A stretch of 63,335 bases of DNA, the filler included, from Reclinomonas americana ATCC 50394 (lineage: Eukaryota): assembly GCA_048213135.1 (NCBI GenBank). It is 14 parts of 14 records of this genome, joined end to end, with 100 filler letters (N's around TTAATTAATTAA, not from the genome) between each part and the next. Parts side by side here need not be neighbours in the genome. Positions count along the whole stretch, not along the records: positions 54,125 to 63,335 come from AFZH01019255.1; 13 more parts are not named here. One strand, written 5' to 3'. A program made the position numbers and the translations under genes. The notes beneath the pieces were generated by a model. It was not told where the DNA came from. It ran no database searches and saw only the letters and a list, made by a program, of their open reading frames with translations. The first letter of the stretch is position 1; each line of letters opens with the position of its first letter. This document shows positions 60,127 to 63,335 of this stretch, one piece after another.

Positions 60127-61817
60127 TCATCGCCGAGGACCACCGACAGCTCGTGGCGGTGCCTTCGCTAATGGTGCCACAGTGGAGGAGAGTGGCACAA
60201 GGAGATCGGGATCGGCGGCGCCACCGCCGGCGGTGACGCCGAGAGACGCGTGACTGCCGACCATGCCGGTCACTGTCGGCACTGTGAATCCGCTGGTGGC
60301 GGTGGTGGTGGTGTGAGGCGTGCGCGGGAAGATGTCGTCGTAGTCGTCGTCGTCGCCGTTGTCGGTGTCGAGGTCCGAGTCCTCGTGCATGAGCCGTTGC
60401 TTTAGTGCCGTCGGCTGCGATTGCGGGAGCATGCCGAGGTGTGGCGTAGGGGCCACTGTCGAGTCCAGCGACACAATCGTCGACGACGAGGAGCGCTTCT
60501 CGCGCGACATGGCCGGCGGGTGCGAGATGCGCATGGTTGTGGGGTAGTCGTCGAGCTCGGCGGCCACCGACGCGTCTTGCCGGAAAAAGTCTACGGCATT
60601 GCCGATAGCGAACGCGTGGTAGGTGCCGCTGTCTGGTCGCAGCATGCGGCGGCGGTGCAGCAGCATCACCACAAACACCGTGAGATTGGTCAGCCCCAGC
60701 GTCTGCAAAAAAACGGGAGTGAGTGACAACACAATGGAGAGAGAGCGAACACAACTTGCACACCTCCATCATGAGATACGTGGGATCGTGAGGCCAGGCG
60801 GCACCAAACAGCTCCGCCATGAACGCCACGCTAAACACGGAGCAGCACACGCATCCGGCAACGGAGATTACCAGCGCCTGTCATCACCACCGCCACCATC
60901 AGCAACAAGTGATTGGACAGCGGACATAGAAGAGAGAGTACCTTGCGAATGGCCGTGCGCAGATGCGCGCTGGCATTTGAGTAGGCATTGGCGCGTTGCA
61001 CGAGATGCAACAACAGCGGCGTCAACACCAACAGCAGGAAGAACATCAAGTTCGACACAAAGAAGCAGCCGGCGACGGCTTGCGAGAGCGTCGGGCACAC
61101 GGGATTGTTGGCAATGGCATCGATTGTGTTGCAGGTGGTTCCGTGCACGGCAATGATTACGACCAGCGCCACAAACAGCAACACCTGAATGCACATCATC
61201 ACGCCCACCGAGGCCGCCAGGAAGCTGCGCAGATTGCACGGACGCCATCGATTCGAGATCACCGACGTCAACACAAGGTACCAGTACACCGACACTGATG
61301 TCACAATGACACTGTCACATGCTTGCATGAGTGAACGAGTGAGTGAGTGAGACCCTCCTCTGCAGGCAGACGAAACGCGAGACAGGCATTGGCCAGCGCG
61401 ACCACGGCCACATCGGCGGCAAGTGGTGCGTCAATCGGCAACCACAGGTACACAAAGATGACCACAGACTCCACACAGCAGCCGAAACGCAGCACTTGAA
61501 TGAGCCAGAAGATGAGCTTTTGCCGCACACTTGCACTGTGTGTGTGTGTGTGTGCAAATGATGAGTGAATCTCTCACTCTTTCTCTCTTCTCTGTGTGTG
61601 TGTGATGATGATGCACTCACCGGCGCCCGGGCACGTAAAACAGATGGAAAGCTAATGAGGCGGCAGCTAATATCATGGCCGCTAGTGTGGAGATGCTAAT
61701 GACCACACATTGTGCTTGCTGTGAATAGTGTGTGTGTGTGCGTGAGAGAGAGAGAGAGAGCACACACACACGCGTGTTCTTTTCACTGAGAGACGCAACT
61801 GGGAAGCCGACACACAT
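60127..61817 (-). CDS. Multipass (about 7 TM) membrane protein with hydrophilic C-terminal tail
   Basis: Successive hydrophobic segments over several exons, followed by an acidic/Ser-Thr tail. Confidence 0.6.
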
Positions 61818-61999
61818 GCTGGCTGCAGCGCCCCACCGGCCTCCACTCACACTCACACTTATCGATAGTGAGATTGTGACTCACTTGTAAAAACTTCACT
61901 CATTTGGCTCATTGTTGCAACGGGGGATAACGAAAGAAAGGAGAGAGGGGGGGGGGGGTGGAGGGGGGATAGCGTTGGGGATCGCTTGCGCGATGGTTC

Positions 62000-63270
62000 T
62001 TACTTGCCGACACCGGCGGCGGAGGCGGCAGCGCCGGCCACTGTGCTGGGTTCGATCTGCGGGAAGGAGGGTGGGTGTGAGGAGTTGCCAAGATCGGGTG
62101 GAGAATGCACAAAAAAGGAGAGTAACCTCGGCGTACACCGAGGCGATCTCGTCGGCGTAGCGGCGGGCGAGCACTGGGCGTTTGATCTTCATCCTGTATA
62201 TGCGTAGTATTGGCGTGTCATGAATCACATAGACAGGGTAAGGAGCGGCAGGGGAACGAAACGTGGGTGTGCAGGCGTCATTGTCCACTGCGAAACGACA
62301 CGGACGGGGCAAGTCAGTGCGGTGCACGAAACAGCACCGGGAGGGGAGGAGAAACGAAGGGTACAAACCAGTCCACGGCTCCTGCTCGACGATAATGGCC
62401 GCCGGAATCTCAAAGCTGGTGAACTGCGCGACGAGCACGGGTGTTACAAGAGGTGCCACACACACACACAGCAAGAGATGCGTGCACTTGATATGACGTG
62501 CCTTCTCCGCCTTCGCAATGGTCCTGATCTGCTCGTGGATCTCAGCCGACAGCTGGTCACGCTTGTCCGACGCCACCACCGCTTGCAAAATGGTCTGTCA
62601 CGGATCGACAGTGAGCATGCAGCGGAAAGCGGCACGAAGGAAGGGAGAAGTGGCTCACCTCGGTGCCGCGCTTCTCAATGCCGTGATGAGCGGCCCAGGC
62701 CGTCACCGCGACTGCAGGAAAGAGAGATGAGACGACGCCATCAGAACGTAAAAGACAATGGATCACGTACTCTCGTCGGGCACGACAACGGCGATCAGCT
62801 GTGAAACGCAGCGGAAATCTGTGAGCGACGCAGAGGGAAATAAAAGGCATGGCAAGCAAGGCAACGAAACCTTGGTGCGCAGGCCGTCGCCTGCAACAAA
62901 GAAGCCAAGACAACAAGAGTCAGTCTCCAGCACTCCCTCTTAGCACATGAGAAAGAAAGCGCACCGTACACAAAGATCTGGCCGACCAGAGTGGCCGCGG
63001 AGAACGCGCCCTCCAGCTTCTCGGGACTGTCAACACATAACGCGTGAGGGACTCCAGAAACCACCTCCAGGCAGCTCGACACGTAGAGAGACGCAACGCA
63101 ATGTACTCGCCGAGTGCCGTCTTGAAGAGAGCTGCACAGCGAGTACAGGGTGTGAGAGAAACACATGAACGACAATCGATCCTGCACAGAAAACGCAACA
63201 CTTGGCACGGTCGACAATCGAGAAAGTGCCGTTCGGGTTGCGGCGACCAATGTCACCGGTGCGGAACCAC
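62000..63270 (-). CDS. Long-chain acyl-CoA synthetase, C-terminal part
   Basis: WFRTGDIG...IVDRAKSLFKTALGEYIAPEKLE...TPTMKIKR. Confidence 0.92.
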
Positions 63271-63335
63271 CTGCAACAACATGTCAGCGACACCCGGCAG
63301 CAAGTGGGCGGGGAAAGGGGGGGGGGGGGGGGGGG

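Overview
Draft genome scaffold from an intron-rich, GC-rich eukaryote (probably a protist), made of 14 contigs joined by 13 artificial 100-bp N-TTAATTAATTAA-N linkers. Several genes cross the gaps in compatible phase, so contig order is mostly real. Hand-spliced genes: two EEP-family fragments; five paralogous 7-bladed WD40 genes with a shared C-terminal tail (three frameshifted); a DUF4795/QRICH2-like coiled-coil protein; a small myristoylated protein; an RBR E3 ligase with a duplicated RING2 exon cassette; a clan-CD peptidase fragment; a secretory methyltransferase; a giant EF-hand protein; a KP-43/Tag-type subtilase probably joined to an EGF/cadherin array; a GH18 fragment; a stefin; an RPA70N-like OB-fold protein; UBE2W; a multipass membrane protein; an acyl-CoA synthetase; and tRNA-Ser(GCT). 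The most striking observation is 22 introns with a register-shifted donor, GTTGCG(T), all of which follow a non-G exon end, while G-ending exons use ordinary donors. A three-copy dispersed repeat with a highly conserved core is also present. All gene models and family calls are by eye, without database searches.
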